NCBI GenBank assembly: GCA_027023405.1
Contig: JALVVN010000038.1
Span: 147,333-211,332, forward strand
Direction: 5' to 3'
Length of the DNA stretch: 64,000 nucleotides
Source of the DNA: Campylobacterales bacterium
Lineage (GTDB): Bacteria; Campylobacterota; Campylobacteria; Campylobacterales; QNZT01
The notes under the pieces were generated by a model, which saw only the letters and a program-made list of their open reading frames with translations, had not been told where the DNA came from and ran no database searches. Shown here piece after piece: positions 21,291 through 30,431 of the stretch. The translations under genes were made by a program, and so were the position numbers. Within the stretch, counting starts at the first letter, position 1, and every line of letters starts with the position of its first letter.

Positions 21291-22733
21291 ATGAATTTAA
21301 AGATCCCTTTTCTTATGCTCCTGCTTATTTCTTTGCAGTTTCCGCTTTTTGCCAATAAAAGTTCCCAAGAATATATTGAAGAAGCAAAGCGGGATCTTCC
21401 ACCGCAATGTCTCTTCTTTTTTAAAATGTATCTCAATGCCAAAAGTCCTAAGGCATTTGCCTATGCGTATGACAACCAATCAAAATATACCTGTCGCTTT
21501 AGTTCCGGTAGCGACAGTGGACTCAAAGCGCAAGAAGTGGCACTCGCATCTTGTAGAAAGAGTAAAAAGAAGCGTAACATTAAAAGTAGTTGCCGTCTGT
21601 ATAAATTGTATGTAAAAGGCTTTTTGAGTAAGAGGAGCCAAATCTTTTTGAATAAGTATAAAATCTCGTTAAATAAGATTGAAAAAGAGCTCAAGACTAG
21701 TAAAACAGAATATAAAAAAACTCAAAAAGAGGAAACAAGCCATAAGAAAGTGGATAAAGTTACATTGGCTGAAATTGAAAAGATGAAGCTACCACAAACA
21801 ACTACAAAGAAAAAGGTCAATCATAAAAAAAGGGAGCCTAAGCAGATTAGCAATCTCAAAGAGTCTCTACCAAAACCTTGTCGTATTATCTATAAACTTT
21901 ATCAACTTTCCAAACCCAATAAGGCATTTTATGTTGCAATTGATAATCACAAACGCTTTTCTTGCAAATTTTCTGCGAAGGCATCCTCCCTAAAGAGAGC
22001 GAAAGAGGTCGGACTCAAATCGTGTCAAAAAACGAAAAAGAGAAGAGGTGTCAAGGCAGATTGTTCTCTTTTTGAGTTTGCTGAAGCACCTGCGAAGGTG
22101 AAAATTCCACAACCGACTACTAAAGAAAAGAAAAAAGTTTCAAAAACAAAAGTTGTTTCAAAACCGAAAGTGATGCCAATCACTAAACCCCCAAAACCAA
22201 TTCATAAACCTACAGTTCAAACAAAAACAGATGCACCTCGGAATATTGTTAAAAAAACACCTCGTGTGCGCAATAAAGCACTTGAAAAGGCTATCTTGGA
22301 TACCGATTTACCTACGATTAAAAAATTGATAGCAGCCGGTGCCGATGTTGATACCGAAGCGGATGATCATTCGCGTGCACTCTTTGTGGCTACGGCAAAG
22401 GGTGATATTAAATTTGTAAAAGAGTTACTTGCCAAGGGAGCCAATCCCTTCTTTACCAAAGGAGATGGGAACAACCTTCTTGTTGCCGCCATCATGAGCG
22501 GAAAATTGGAGATGCTTAAACTCATTCTCGAGCAGGGAGTCGATCCCAATCAACAATGCAATGAGGGTAACACACCGTTACATTTTGCCTTTATGATGTT
22601 TGATGACAAAATGATGCGAGAGTTGTATAAAAATGGAGCTATTGATGATATACCAAACGACAAAGGGGAGACGGTCAAAGAGATGGCAAAAGCCTATCAT
22701 GTTAATCTCAATAGACTAAAGCCTCATAAGTAG
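21291..22733 (+). CDS. Secreted protein with two Cys-containing DUF4189-like modules, a basic linker and C-terminal ankyrin repeats
   Basis: Signal peptide (MNLKIPFLMLLLISLQFPLFA). An internal duplication pairs PPQCLFFFKMYLNAKSPKAFAYAYDNQSKYTCRFSSG...ALASCRKSKKKRNIKSSCRLYKL with PKPCRIIYKLYQLSKPNKAFYVAIDNHKRFSCKFSAK...GLKSCQKTKKRRGVKADCSLFEF. The C-terminus has ANK units (LIAAGADVD, LLAKGANP, GNTPLHFA). Confidence 0.75.
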   Translation: MNLKIPFLMLLLISLQFPLFANKSSQEYIEEAKRDLPPQCLFFFKMYLNAKSPKAFAYAYDNQSKYTCRFSSGSDSGLKAQEVALASCRKSKKKRNIKSSCRLYKLYVKGFLSKRSQIFLNKYKISLNKIEKELKTSKTEYKKTQKEETSHKKVDKVTLAEIEKMKLPQTTTKKKVNHKKREPKQISNLKESLPKPCRIIYKLYQLSKPNKAFYVAIDNHKRFSCKFSAKASSLKRAKEVGLKSCQKTKKRRGVKADCSLFEFAEAPAKVKIPQPTTKEKKKVSKTKVVSKPKVMPITKPPKPIHKPTVQTKTDAPRNIVKKTPRVRNKALEKAILDTDLPTIKKLIAAGADVDTEADDHSRALFVATAKGDIKFVKELLAKGANPFFTKGDGNNLLVAAIMSGKLEMLKLILEQGVDPNQQCNEGNTPLHFAFMMFDDKMMRELYKNGAIDDIPNDKGETVKEMAKAYHVNLNRLKPHK

Positions 22734-22753
22734 GGTAACGATTGGATTTAAGG

Positions 22754-24058
22754 CTAAGAGAGTTTGTGTAAATTTTCAAGCTTTTGATAGAAGTGATCCA
22801 CTTTAGGATTGACCTTGATCACCCGATGAAGGTAGTCGCCAAAGCCTTCTCTTGAAAATTGGAGTTTCAGTTTTTGGGGATCAATAGCACGCGAGAGTGC
22901 GACATAAAATTGACTATCGGTAAAGATAGTATCGACATTGCAAAGCAACGACTCGATGCTCATTCCCTGTGATTTGTGAATCGTGATCGCATAGCCGAGT
23001 CGCAATGGAAACTGCTCAAACGAAGCAATTACTTCATCCCCCACTTCTCCTTTGCTATCGATGACGGTTTTGGTGAGTTCAAAGGTGAAGCGCTCTACCT
23101 TGATGAGTCGCCCGCCCTTTTGTACCAAGATCACATCATCATCGATATGCTCTACGATGCCTCTTTCACCGTTGTGGTAAAAGCCCCATCTGTTTGTGGT
23201 GAAAATGACTGGTACCCCCTCTTTGAGTTGGAGCATTTGGAGTGTCGGCAGACGATTGATCCATGCATCTAAGATTTTATCATTGAGTGTATGATCCTTT
23301 TTGGTGACGATACCCTCTTTGGAGATGAGGGAGCCTTGATGGGCTTGAAGCCGTGCGAGATTACGCTGATCCGCTTCACGGTTGGTACCGAAGAGTACCG
23401 TCGCGCTTTCGGGATCGAGATCGGTGTGCCTCAGGGATTCAAGGTATTCGATTAGTTGCGCATCGATCTCACCCTTTCGGATGCGGTTGAGCACCTCCAT
23501 AAAATCTCTATCGGTCGTGCGTTTGATCTGCGTCAGCTCCACTGTCACAAAGTCAAAATAATCCCACGCACTACTTTCAAAGGCATATATCGCATCGTCA
23601 AAAAGGACATGAGGTTGACTGCTCTGCTTCTGCACTGGCGAGAGTTGATAAAAATCGCCCACGACCATCAGTTTGCCACGAAATTCGCCGTTTCGTAGGC
23701 GAAAGAGGATCATATCCATGAGGTTGGCGCTGACCATACTGATCTCATCGATGATGAGCAAATCAAGCTTTTTGAGAATCTTATTGAGCTCTTTGACCCT
23801 TGAGCGGTTATAGCGCTCACTCTTTTCCAACTCCTCAAAAGAGGAGGCGATCCCGAAGATAAAGAAGGAGTGGATCGTCTGACCGCCGACATTGACGGCG
23901 GAGATGCCGGTGCTACCGAGTACGACAACCTGTCTCTTTTCAGCGTGATAGTAGCGGGTGATCTGCTTGGTGAGGTAGCTTTTGCCCACGCCTGCACCGC
24001 CGGTGAGAAAGAGGTTATCCCCCTCCAAAATCTGAATGACGCGCTCAAATGTATCCAT
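22754..24058 (-). CDS. PIF1/RecD-like SF1B DNA helicase
   Basis: 434 aa with Walker A TGGAGVGKSY, Walker B LLIIDEISMV, GDFYQLSPV and C-terminal YAITIHKSQGMS. Confidence 0.75.
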   Translation of the reverse strand: MDTFERVIQILEGDNLFLTGGAGVGKSYLTKQITRYYHAEKRQVVVLGSTGISAVNVGGQTIHSFFIFGIASSFEELEKSERYNRSRVKELNKILKKLDLLIIDEISMVSANLMDMILFRLRNGEFRGKLMVVGDFYQLSPVQKQSSQPHVLFDDAIYAFESSAWDYFDFVTVELTQIKRTTDRDFMEVLNRIRKGEIDAQLIEYLESLRHTDLDPESATVLFGTNREADQRNLARLQAHQGSLISKEGIVTKKDHTLNDKILDAWINRLPTLQMLQLKEGVPVIFTTNRWGFYHNGERGIVEHIDDDVILVQKGGRLIKVERFTFELTKTVIDSKGEVGDEVIASFEQFPLRLGYAITIHKSQGMSIESLLCNVDTIFTDSQFYVALSRAIDPQKLKLQFSREGFGDYLHRVIKVNPKVDHFYQKLENLHKLS

Positions 24059-24092
24059 AGTGGATTATAATCAAATATCGCTATAATTCCAA

Positions 24093-25214
24093 ATGATTTT
24101 TTCAGTAGATAAGCAAGAGGGCAATGCAAGAGCCTGTACGATCCAAACCGCACATAGTACCATCCAAACTCCTGTTTTTATGCCTGTAGGCACACTTGGA
24201 AGTGTCAAGGGACTCGATAGCGAAGATCTCCTCACACATCTTAAAGCCGAGGTCATTTTGGGCAACACCTACCACCTCTATCTGCGACCCGGCGATGAAG
24301 TGGTGAGGGATTTGGGAGGATTGCACCGATTTAGCCGATATACCAAAAGCTTTTTGACCGATAGCGGTGGATTTCAAGCCTTTTCTCTCTCCAAGATTGC
24401 CAAGGCGGATGAGACGGGGATCCACTTCAAGAGCCACATCGACGGATCTAGCCACTACTTCACCCCCGAAAAGGTGATCGAGATACAGAACAATCTCGGA
24501 TCGGATATCATGATGGTACTTGATGATCTCATCGCCCTACCCGCCACTGATGAGCGCATTCAACAATCGATCGATCGCACCACAAGATGGGCGGAGAGTT
24601 CGATCAAGTTTCATCAAAAACGCCAAGATCAGGGGATCGGACGCGATCAAAATATCTTCGCCATTATCCAGGGAGGCACTTCGCAAAAGTATCGCAAAAT
24701 CAGCGCCGAGTCGCTCTGCGCCATGCCCTTTGACGGCTTTGCGATCGGTGGATTGAGTGTGGGCGAAGCCAATACCCAAATGTACGACACCGTTGAATAT
24801 ACCACACAATTTATGCCCCAAGAGAAACCCCGCTACCTGATGGGTGTCGGCACACCGCAAGATCTGATCGAAAATATCTACCGCGGTGTTGATATGTTTG
24901 ACTGTGTAATGCCGACACGAAACGCACGAAACGGCACCCTCTTCACCTCGTTCGGCAGACTCAACATCAAAGGCGCCAAACATATCCGAAGCGATGAACC
25001 GATCGATAGCCGTTGCGACTGCTACACCTGCCACAACTACTCCAGAGGCTACCTCAACCACCTCTTTCGCGCCAAAGAGCTCAGCTACTTTCGACTCGCT
25101 TCACTCCACAATCTCCACTACTACCTCACACTGATGAGAGGGGCGAGAGAGGCGATCTTGGAGGGGAGATTTGAAGCCTTTAGAGAGGATTTTTATGGGG
25201 CGCAAGATGGTTAA
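24093..25214 (+). CDS. tgt: Queuine tRNA-ribosyltransferase
   Basis: 373 aa with [32 protein letters not shown] and the zinc site CDCYTC...H. Confidence 0.9.
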   Translation: MIFSVDKQEGNARACTIQTAHSTIQTPVFMPVGTLGSVKGLDSEDLLTHLKAEVILGNTYHLYLRPGDEVVRDLGGLHRFSRYTKSFLTDSGGFQAFSLSKIAKADETGIHFKSHIDGSSHYFTPEKVIEIQNNLGSDIMMVLDDLIALPATDERIQQSIDRTTRWAESSIKFHQKRQDQGIGRDQNIFAIIQGGTSQKYRKISAESLCAMPFDGFAIGGLSVGEANTQMYDTVEYTTQFMPQEKPRYLMGVGTPQDLIENIYRGVDMFDCVMPTRNARNGTLFTSFGRLNIKGAKHIRSDEPIDSRCDCYTCHNYSRGYLNHLFRAKELSYFRLASLHNLHYYLTLMRGAREAILEGRFEAFREDFYGAQDG

Positions 25215-25287
25215 TATTATTTGAAGTTATTATTCTTTATAATTTATGTATATTTAGCGTTCTACTAAAAGGGATAAAGGTTTTATA

Positions 25288-25545
25288 ATGACAACTTTAA
25301 AAGTGACTATTCGAGACAGCTTTTTAGAAGATTTTTTATCGATTGTAGAGCACTATAAGGATCAAATACAAATTGAAAAAGATGAAAATCTGATAGAGGA
25401 TCCCTACTTTTATAACAGGCAAAAAGAGCTTCAACAAGATCTTATAGAGTTTGATAACGGCACTATTGAGATAGTCTCGCAAGAGGAGTATGATAAAGAG
25501 AAAGAGAACTTATTTGTTGAATTAAAATCAAAATATGCAAATTAA
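25288..25545 (+). CDS. Putative antitoxin of a ParE-type TA pair
   Basis: 85-aa acidic ORF directly upstream of the ParE-like ORF and overlapping it by 11 nt. Called from genetic architecture only. Confidence 0.45.
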   Translation: MTTLKVTIRDSFLEDFLSIVEHYKDQIQIEKDENLIEDPYFYNRQKELQQDLIEFDNGTIEIVSQEEYDKEKENLFVELKSKYAN

Positions 25546-25825
25546 CCGCTCAAGAAGATACATCAACAGTTTATTTGAAATATTAGATTTTATTGCACAA
25601 GATAACATAAGTGCAAGTGAAAACTTTTTAGATAAGTTAGATGAGTGCATTAGTAATCTTCCCAATTTTCCATATAAATATAGAAAATCATTATATTTTC
25701 ATGATGACAATATAAGAGATATGATCTATAAGGGTTATACTGTTGTTTATCGAGTGAATTTAGAAAAAAATAGTATAGATATTTTACAAATTTTCAATAA
25801 AAATAAACCGCCTTTAAATAAGTAG
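25535..25825 (+). CDS. parE: RelE/ParE-family toxin
   Basis: 96 aa with the ParE-like layout: N-terminal helices (L..I.DFIAQDN...A..F...L), then PNFPY...R, Y.VVYRV and a C-terminal I.IL.IF block. Confidence 0.6.
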   Translation: MQINRSRRYINSLFEILDFIAQDNISASENFLDKLDECISNLPNFPYKYRKSLYFHDDNIRDMIYKGYTVVYRVNLEKNSIDILQIFNKNKPPLNK

Positions 25826-25844
25826 CAAATTTATAGGATATCAA

Positions 25845-26261
25845 ATGAAAAAGCCATCCCCAAACATGCCCTGTCCCTGCGGAAGCGGGAAAAAATATAA
25901 AAAGTGTTGCCAACCCTACCACAAAGGTGCCCGCCCTGCCGATGCCTTGCTTTTGATGAAGAGTCGTTATAGTGCTTATGCCGTAGGAGAGAGTCGATAT
26001 ATCATCAACACCACCCATCCTGACAATCCCGACTATACTGAAGATACCGATAGATGGATGGAGGCGATTGAAACCTTTTCGAAAGAGAGGGAGTTTCGGA
26101 GATTGGAAATCATGGATTTTATCGATGGAGAAATGGAGTCGTTTGTGACATTTCGCGCGATATTTGATGCGGGAGAGATGGTGGAGCGGAGTCGTTTTGT
26201 ATATGAAGAGGGAAGATGGTTTTATTACAGTGGGGAGTTTCTTAACTCCTCCATTGCATAG
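25845..26261 (+). CDS. YchJ-family (UPF0225) SEC-C motif protein
   Basis: 138 aa with an N-terminal SEC-C zinc motif CPCGSGKKYKKCC followed by an NTF2-like domain (SRYSAYAVGE...). Confidence 0.75.
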   Translation: MKKPSPNMPCPCGSGKKYKKCCQPYHKGARPADALLLMKSRYSAYAVGESRYIINTTHPDNPDYTEDTDRWMEAIETFSKEREFRRLEIMDFIDGEMESFVTFRAIFDAGEMVERSRFVYEEGRWFYYSGEFLNSSIA

Positions 26262-28045
26262 CGCAATATCTTTTCATCGGTGACGGGATCAAACCATTTG
26301 AAGTGTTTACCGCTTTGGATATCTCCTCGGAGTAGATCACCGCTTTGGCGGTAGGCGAGATCGAGTTCGGCGATCTCGAAGCCGTCGGTGGTTTGGGCGA
26401 AGGCTTTGAGTCGTTTGCTTTGGGGTTGATGTGTAAAGAGAAAGCAGTATCCTTTAAGACCGTTTCGGCTCACGCGTCCTCGAAGCTGATGGAGTGTCGC
26501 CAGACCTAACCGCTCAGGCGCTACCAGAATGATGGTCGAGAGTTTTGGAAGTGAAACACCCACTTCGATGAGTGTCGTGGCGAGTAGGATATTGCCCTCT
26601 TTTGCAAACTGTGCGATCACCTCCTCCTTCTCCTTGTCTTTACCATGCGTGACAAAGACCTTTTCAAAATTCTTCTCCCAATAACCGCGCGCCTCATCGA
26701 TCGACTGATACTCAATCGTCTCACTCTCTTGCACCAACGGATAGACAATGATGATTTGATTGCCTTTTTCTATTTCTGAACGGATGTGTGCCAGGAGATC
26801 GTGAAAGGACTTTTTGCCGATGATCAGCGTATCGATATCTTTGGGAAAGGGTGTTTGTTGAATCTTGGAGATATCGATCATCTGCGACTGCATCATATTG
26901 AGTGTACGGGGGATGGGTGTAGCGGAAAATTGGAGATAGTGGGGGCGTTTCTCTCCTTGGCTGACAAGCTTTTCGATGAGGGATCGCTGTTTGGTTCCGA
27001 AGCGATGCTGTTCATCGACCATCACCAACGCGATATCGTCGGGAAGATCACGAAAAAGGAGTGCGTGCGTACCGATGATAAAGTCATATTCGCTTAAATC
27101 CTCGCCCTTTTTGCTCTTGTTTGTGACCAAGGTGATCTTGAGAGTTTTGGGGAGAAACTTCTTTGCCTCTTCATAGATTTGCGCCGCCAAGACGGTTGTC
27201 GGAGCCATCAAAATCGATCGATAGGGTCTTGCGAGCATGACGGAGGCGAAGATCACCATCGTTTTACCCGATCCGACATCTCCCATGATAACGCGTCGTG
27301 CGGCAATCGGTTGTTTGAGATCATGCTGAATCTCCTTGATGACGCTACGCTGATCATCGGTCAAGTCAAAAGGGAGCGATTTGATAAAAGGAGTTGCATC
27401 GCCCTGAAGTGAAGCGATTGACTCAAAGCGTACCCGTTTGGATGAGAGTTTTTTGAGATGGTTATAGATCTCTAAATATTTCAAAAAGAGGAGTGTTGTC
27501 CTGTCAAACCCCTCTTTTTGAAATGCCTGTACAAAATCGCGGTCTGGGAAATGGATGCGGTGTAGTATCTCCCACTTTTTTGCATCAAGTCCCTCCTCTC
27601 GCATACTCTCTTGCGTCATATACTTTTTTATGAGCGCTTGAACGGTTTTGGATTGGAGGCGTGTTTTATATTTGGGGAGTATGATACCTGCTTGAACAAT
27701 GATCTGCGGTTGTGTCATCTGCCATTGATCGTTGTGGAGATTGACTTTGCCGTAGAGGAAGTGTGTGGAGGAGAGGGTAAACTTTTCATAGTGGTATTTT
27801 CTCGGATGAAAGAGGATGGCGTTGAGTCTGAGATTAAGCCGGGGTGCATAGAGCTTAAGACGCATATATTTTGGATGATAGTGTCGATCTTCTATTGTTG
27901 CTTCTAATGTGGCAAAATGATCCTCTTGGAGACTTGTTGAAAGGGTGTAATCTTCATATTTGTGTGGAATAATCAGGGCAAGATCGAGTGGGGTTTGAAC
28001 CCCTATTTTATGCAATTTTTCACGATCTTCCTCTAAAAAATTCAC
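26225..28045 (-). CDS. recG: ATP-dependent DNA helicase RecG
   Basis: 606 aa with a wedge domain followed by SF2 helicase motifs (GDVGSGKT, DEQHRFG, TATPIPRT-like SATPIPRT, QLRGRVSR). Confidence 0.9.
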   Translation of the reverse strand: MNFLEEDREKLHKIGVQTPLDLALIIPHKYEDYTLSTSLQEDHFATLEATIEDRHYHPKYMRLKLYAPRLNLRLNAILFHPRKYHYEKFTLSSTHFLYGKVNLHNDQWQMTQPQIIVQAGIILPKYKTRLQSKTVQALIKKYMTQESMREEGLDAKKWEILHRIHFPDRDFVQAFQKEGFDRTTLLFLKYLEIYNHLKKLSSKRVRFESIASLQGDATPFIKSLPFDLTDDQRSVIKEIQHDLKQPIAARRVIMGDVGSGKTMVIFASVMLARPYRSILMAPTTVLAAQIYEEAKKFLPKTLKITLVTNKSKKGEDLSEYDFIIGTHALLFRDLPDDIALVMVDEQHRFGTKQRSLIEKLVSQGEKRPHYLQFSATPIPRTLNMMQSQMIDISKIQQTPFPKDIDTLIIGKKSFHDLLAHIRSEIEKGNQIIIVYPLVQESETIEYQSIDEARGYWEKNFEKVFVTHGKDKEKEEVIAQFAKEGNILLATTLIEVGVSLPKLSTIILVAPERLGLATLHQLRGRVSRNGLKGYCFLFTHQPQSKRLKAFAQTTDGFEIAELDLAYRQSGDLLRGDIQSGKHFKWFDPVTDEKILRYAMEELRNSPL

Positions 28046-29328
28046 TTTTTGGTTACAATAGAGAAGCTAAGGCGGTTGATTTCAGGATGCGATTTGATAA
28101 AGTGATTGAGCGTTTTGAGGTCAAGCTTTTCAATACGCTTGAGCATCTCCTTGGAGTGTCCGAGTTCAAACCCTTCATAATATTCATGAAAGGCACGGTT
28201 GAGTCGCTGTGAAAGAGTCTCATTTCGCAACGGTTCACTACCGAGCAAAAAGCGTTTTGCCTGATCGAGTTCATCTTGCGTAACTCCCTCTTTGACAAAT
28301 TTAGCAATCACCTCTTTGACCAGCTTGATCGCCTTCTCTTGTGAGCTGATCTTTGTCTGTAGATAGCCAAAAAAGTTTGAGTGACTTTTGGTGATGGCAG
28401 CGCGACTATAGGCTGAATATGCCAAACCGTTTTTGACCCTGATCTCCTCCATCATTCGACTTCCAAAACCGCCACTTCCGAGGATAAACATCGCCACACG
28501 GGAGATGTAACGATCGCTACTGTTCACATCGACATAATATGGTGCACCGAAATAGACATAGGCTTGCTTGGTCTCTTTTTTGACCTCTTTTGTTTGTGGC
28601 GTATCAGTCGGGTTACAGTGGCAAAGTTGGAAAGGCTTTGCGCTTTTGAGTACCTCTAGCACCTCTTTGCTATAGAGTTGTGCCTCTTTTTTATCCAAAT
28701 CCCCACCGATGACGACAATCGCTTCATCGACAATAAGATGTTTGTTGTGAAATGCTTGAATATCATCAAGTGAGATCTGTTCAATACTCTCTTTGGTACC
28801 GATAGAGGGATACGCCAATGGGGTATTTGCATAGAGTATCTTATAGAGATTACGATTGGCAATATAGTCAAAATCGCTCATCTTGCGATCGATTTGCGCC
28901 AGAGTGAGAAGTTTGAGCTTTTTGAGGGTATCGGGTGTGTAGTTGGGGTCTTGGAGTAGTGATCTTAGCAGTTTAATCCCCTCGGAGAACTTCTCTTTGA
29001 GCGCAGAGAGTTCAATGACAAAAGTCTCTCGTCCAGTGTTGGCACTCAGATGAATAGCATTGTCATCTAAAATGGTAGCAAAACCGACAGCACCTAGCTT
29101 TTTGGTTCCCTCATTGAGCAGTTTGGCACTCAATCGTGCAAGACCACTTCTATTTCCGTCAAAGAGCATCCCGCTATTTTGAAATACCAGTTGCATCGTC
29201 ACTATCGGGAGATTGTGATCCGCCTCATAGATGAGTGGAACCTCGTGATGGTTGATCTTGACTTTACTTAGATTACTTCCCAATATCACTCCTTCTATCA
29301 ATAGTATTACAAAGAGAATCTTTTTCAT
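28042..29328 (-). CDS. M16 (pitrilysin/insulinase) family protein lacking the HxxEH zinc motif
   Basis: 428 aa with a signal peptide and the M16 two-domain layout. The position of G.AH.LEH..F.GT reads GLARLSAKLLNEGT, so RLSAK replaces HxxEH. Confidence 0.75.
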   Translation of the reverse strand: MKKILFVILLIEGVILGSNLSKVKINHHEVPLIYEADHNLPIVTMQLVFQNSGMLFDGNRSGLARLSAKLLNEGTKKLGAVGFATILDDNAIHLSANTGRETFVIELSALKEKFSEGIKLLRSLLQDPNYTPDTLKKLKLLTLAQIDRKMSDFDYIANRNLYKILYANTPLAYPSIGTKESIEQISLDDIQAFHNKHLIVDEAIVVIGGDLDKKEAQLYSKEVLEVLKSAKPFQLCHCNPTDTPQTKEVKKETKQAYVYFGAPYYVDVNSSDRYISRVAMFILGSGGFGSRMMEEIRVKNGLAYSAYSRAAITKSHSNFFGYLQTKISSQEKAIKLVKEVIAKFVKEGVTQDELDQAKRFLLGSEPLRNETLSQRLNRAFHEYYEGFELGHSKEMLKRIEKLDLKTLNHFIKSHPEINRLSFSIVTKK

Positions 29329-30386
29329 TATGCCTCCATGGTATCATAAATCTCTAATATATCATAATTGGTATTTCGTTTGGCAGGGATCTCGCCGATA
29401 TCGGAGATGAGACGGATCATCTCCTCTTGGTTCATGCGGTTACTCGCACCTGCTGCGGCAACTACATTCTCCTCCATCATGGTACTACCCAGATCATTGG
29501 CGCCAAAGAGTAGAGCTAACTGTCCGATATAGCTTCCTTGTGTGACCCAAGAGGATTGGATATTGGGGAAGTTATCGAGATAGAGACGACTAAGGGCTAA
29601 GAGGCGCAGGTAGCGATTAGAGGATTGTTTGCTGATCTCGGGGTGCTCCTGGATGAGCTTGGTGTTATCAGACTGAAAGCTCCAGAGGATAAAGGCACGA
29701 AAACCGCCTGTTTTGTCTTGAAGCTTGCGAATATGCTCCAGATGCTCGATGATATCCTCATCGTTCTCTACGGTTCCAAACATCATCGTCGCAGTAGTCT
29801 TGATCCCGATCTCATGCGCGATCTCGTGTACTTGGAGCCAATCTTTAACATCCAGTTTTTTGGGTGCAATGACATCCCGTACTTTGTCACTGAGGATCTC
29901 TGCTCCCGCACCCGGCATCGAGTAGAGCCCTTTGGCGTGGAGTCGCTCCAATACCTCTCGCACACTGATGCGAGAAACCTTGGCGATATAGTCGATCTCA
30001 ATGGCAGAAAATCCGTGAATAGTAATAGATGGGTAGTGTGTTGAGATATATTCGACCAAATCTTCATACCACTCAATCTTGAGTTTGGGGTGGACCCCGC
30101 CTTGAAAGAGGATCTGGGTGCCTCCGATAGCGATAAGCTCCTCAATCTTTTTGCCAATCTCCTCATAGCTGAGTATGTAAGCATCTTCATCTTTGGCATG
30201 ACGATAGAAGGCGCAAAATTTGCAATCGACCCAACAGACATTGGTGTAGTTGATATTACGATCAACGATGAATGAAGTGATCTTGTCAGGGTGAAGTTCT
30301 CGCTTTTTCTCTGTTGCCATGCGACCTAGATCAGCTAATGAGGCATTTCGTAATAGATCTAGCGCTTCTTCATTACTTAGTCTCAT
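29328..30386 (-). CDS. mqnC: Radical SAM enzyme of the futalosine menaquinone pathway (MqnC-like; MqnE not excluded)
   Basis: 352 aa with FIVDRNINYTNVCWVDCKFCAF (CxxxCxxC cluster) and GGFRAFILWSFQ, which I associate with MqnC. The MqnC/MqnE/CofH subfamilies cannot be separated reliably by eye. Confidence 0.65.
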   Translation of the reverse strand: MRLSNEEALDLLRNASLADLGRMATEKKRELHPDKITSFIVDRNINYTNVCWVDCKFCAFYRHAKDEDAYILSYEEIGKKIEELIAIGGTQILFQGGVHPKLKIEWYEDLVEYISTHYPSITIHGFSAIEIDYIAKVSRISVREVLERLHAKGLYSMPGAGAEILSDKVRDVIAPKKLDVKDWLQVHEIAHEIGIKTTATMMFGTVENDEDIIEHLEHIRKLQDKTGGFRAFILWSFQSDNTKLIQEHPEISKQSSNRYLRLLALSRLYLDNFPNIQSSWVTQGSYIGQLALLFGANDLGSTMMEENVVAAAGASNRMNQEEMIRLISDIGEIPAKRNTNYDILEIYDTMEA

Positions 30387-30431
30387 TCCATCCCCTATTA
30401 TGCGTGTTAGGGGATATTATAGCAGGAAATA

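Noticed and set aside
23710-24153. 147-aa minus-strand ORF overlapping the PIF1-like helicase start and the tgt upstream region
   Set aside because: It is an alternative frame of the helicase 5' region, Ser/Pro/Ala-rich and without motifs. The helicase frame carries the Walker A motif.
24537-25061. 174-aa minus-strand ORF inside tgt
   Set aside because: It is antisense to tgt, which carries all its diagnostic motifs. It is a GC-rich frame artefact.
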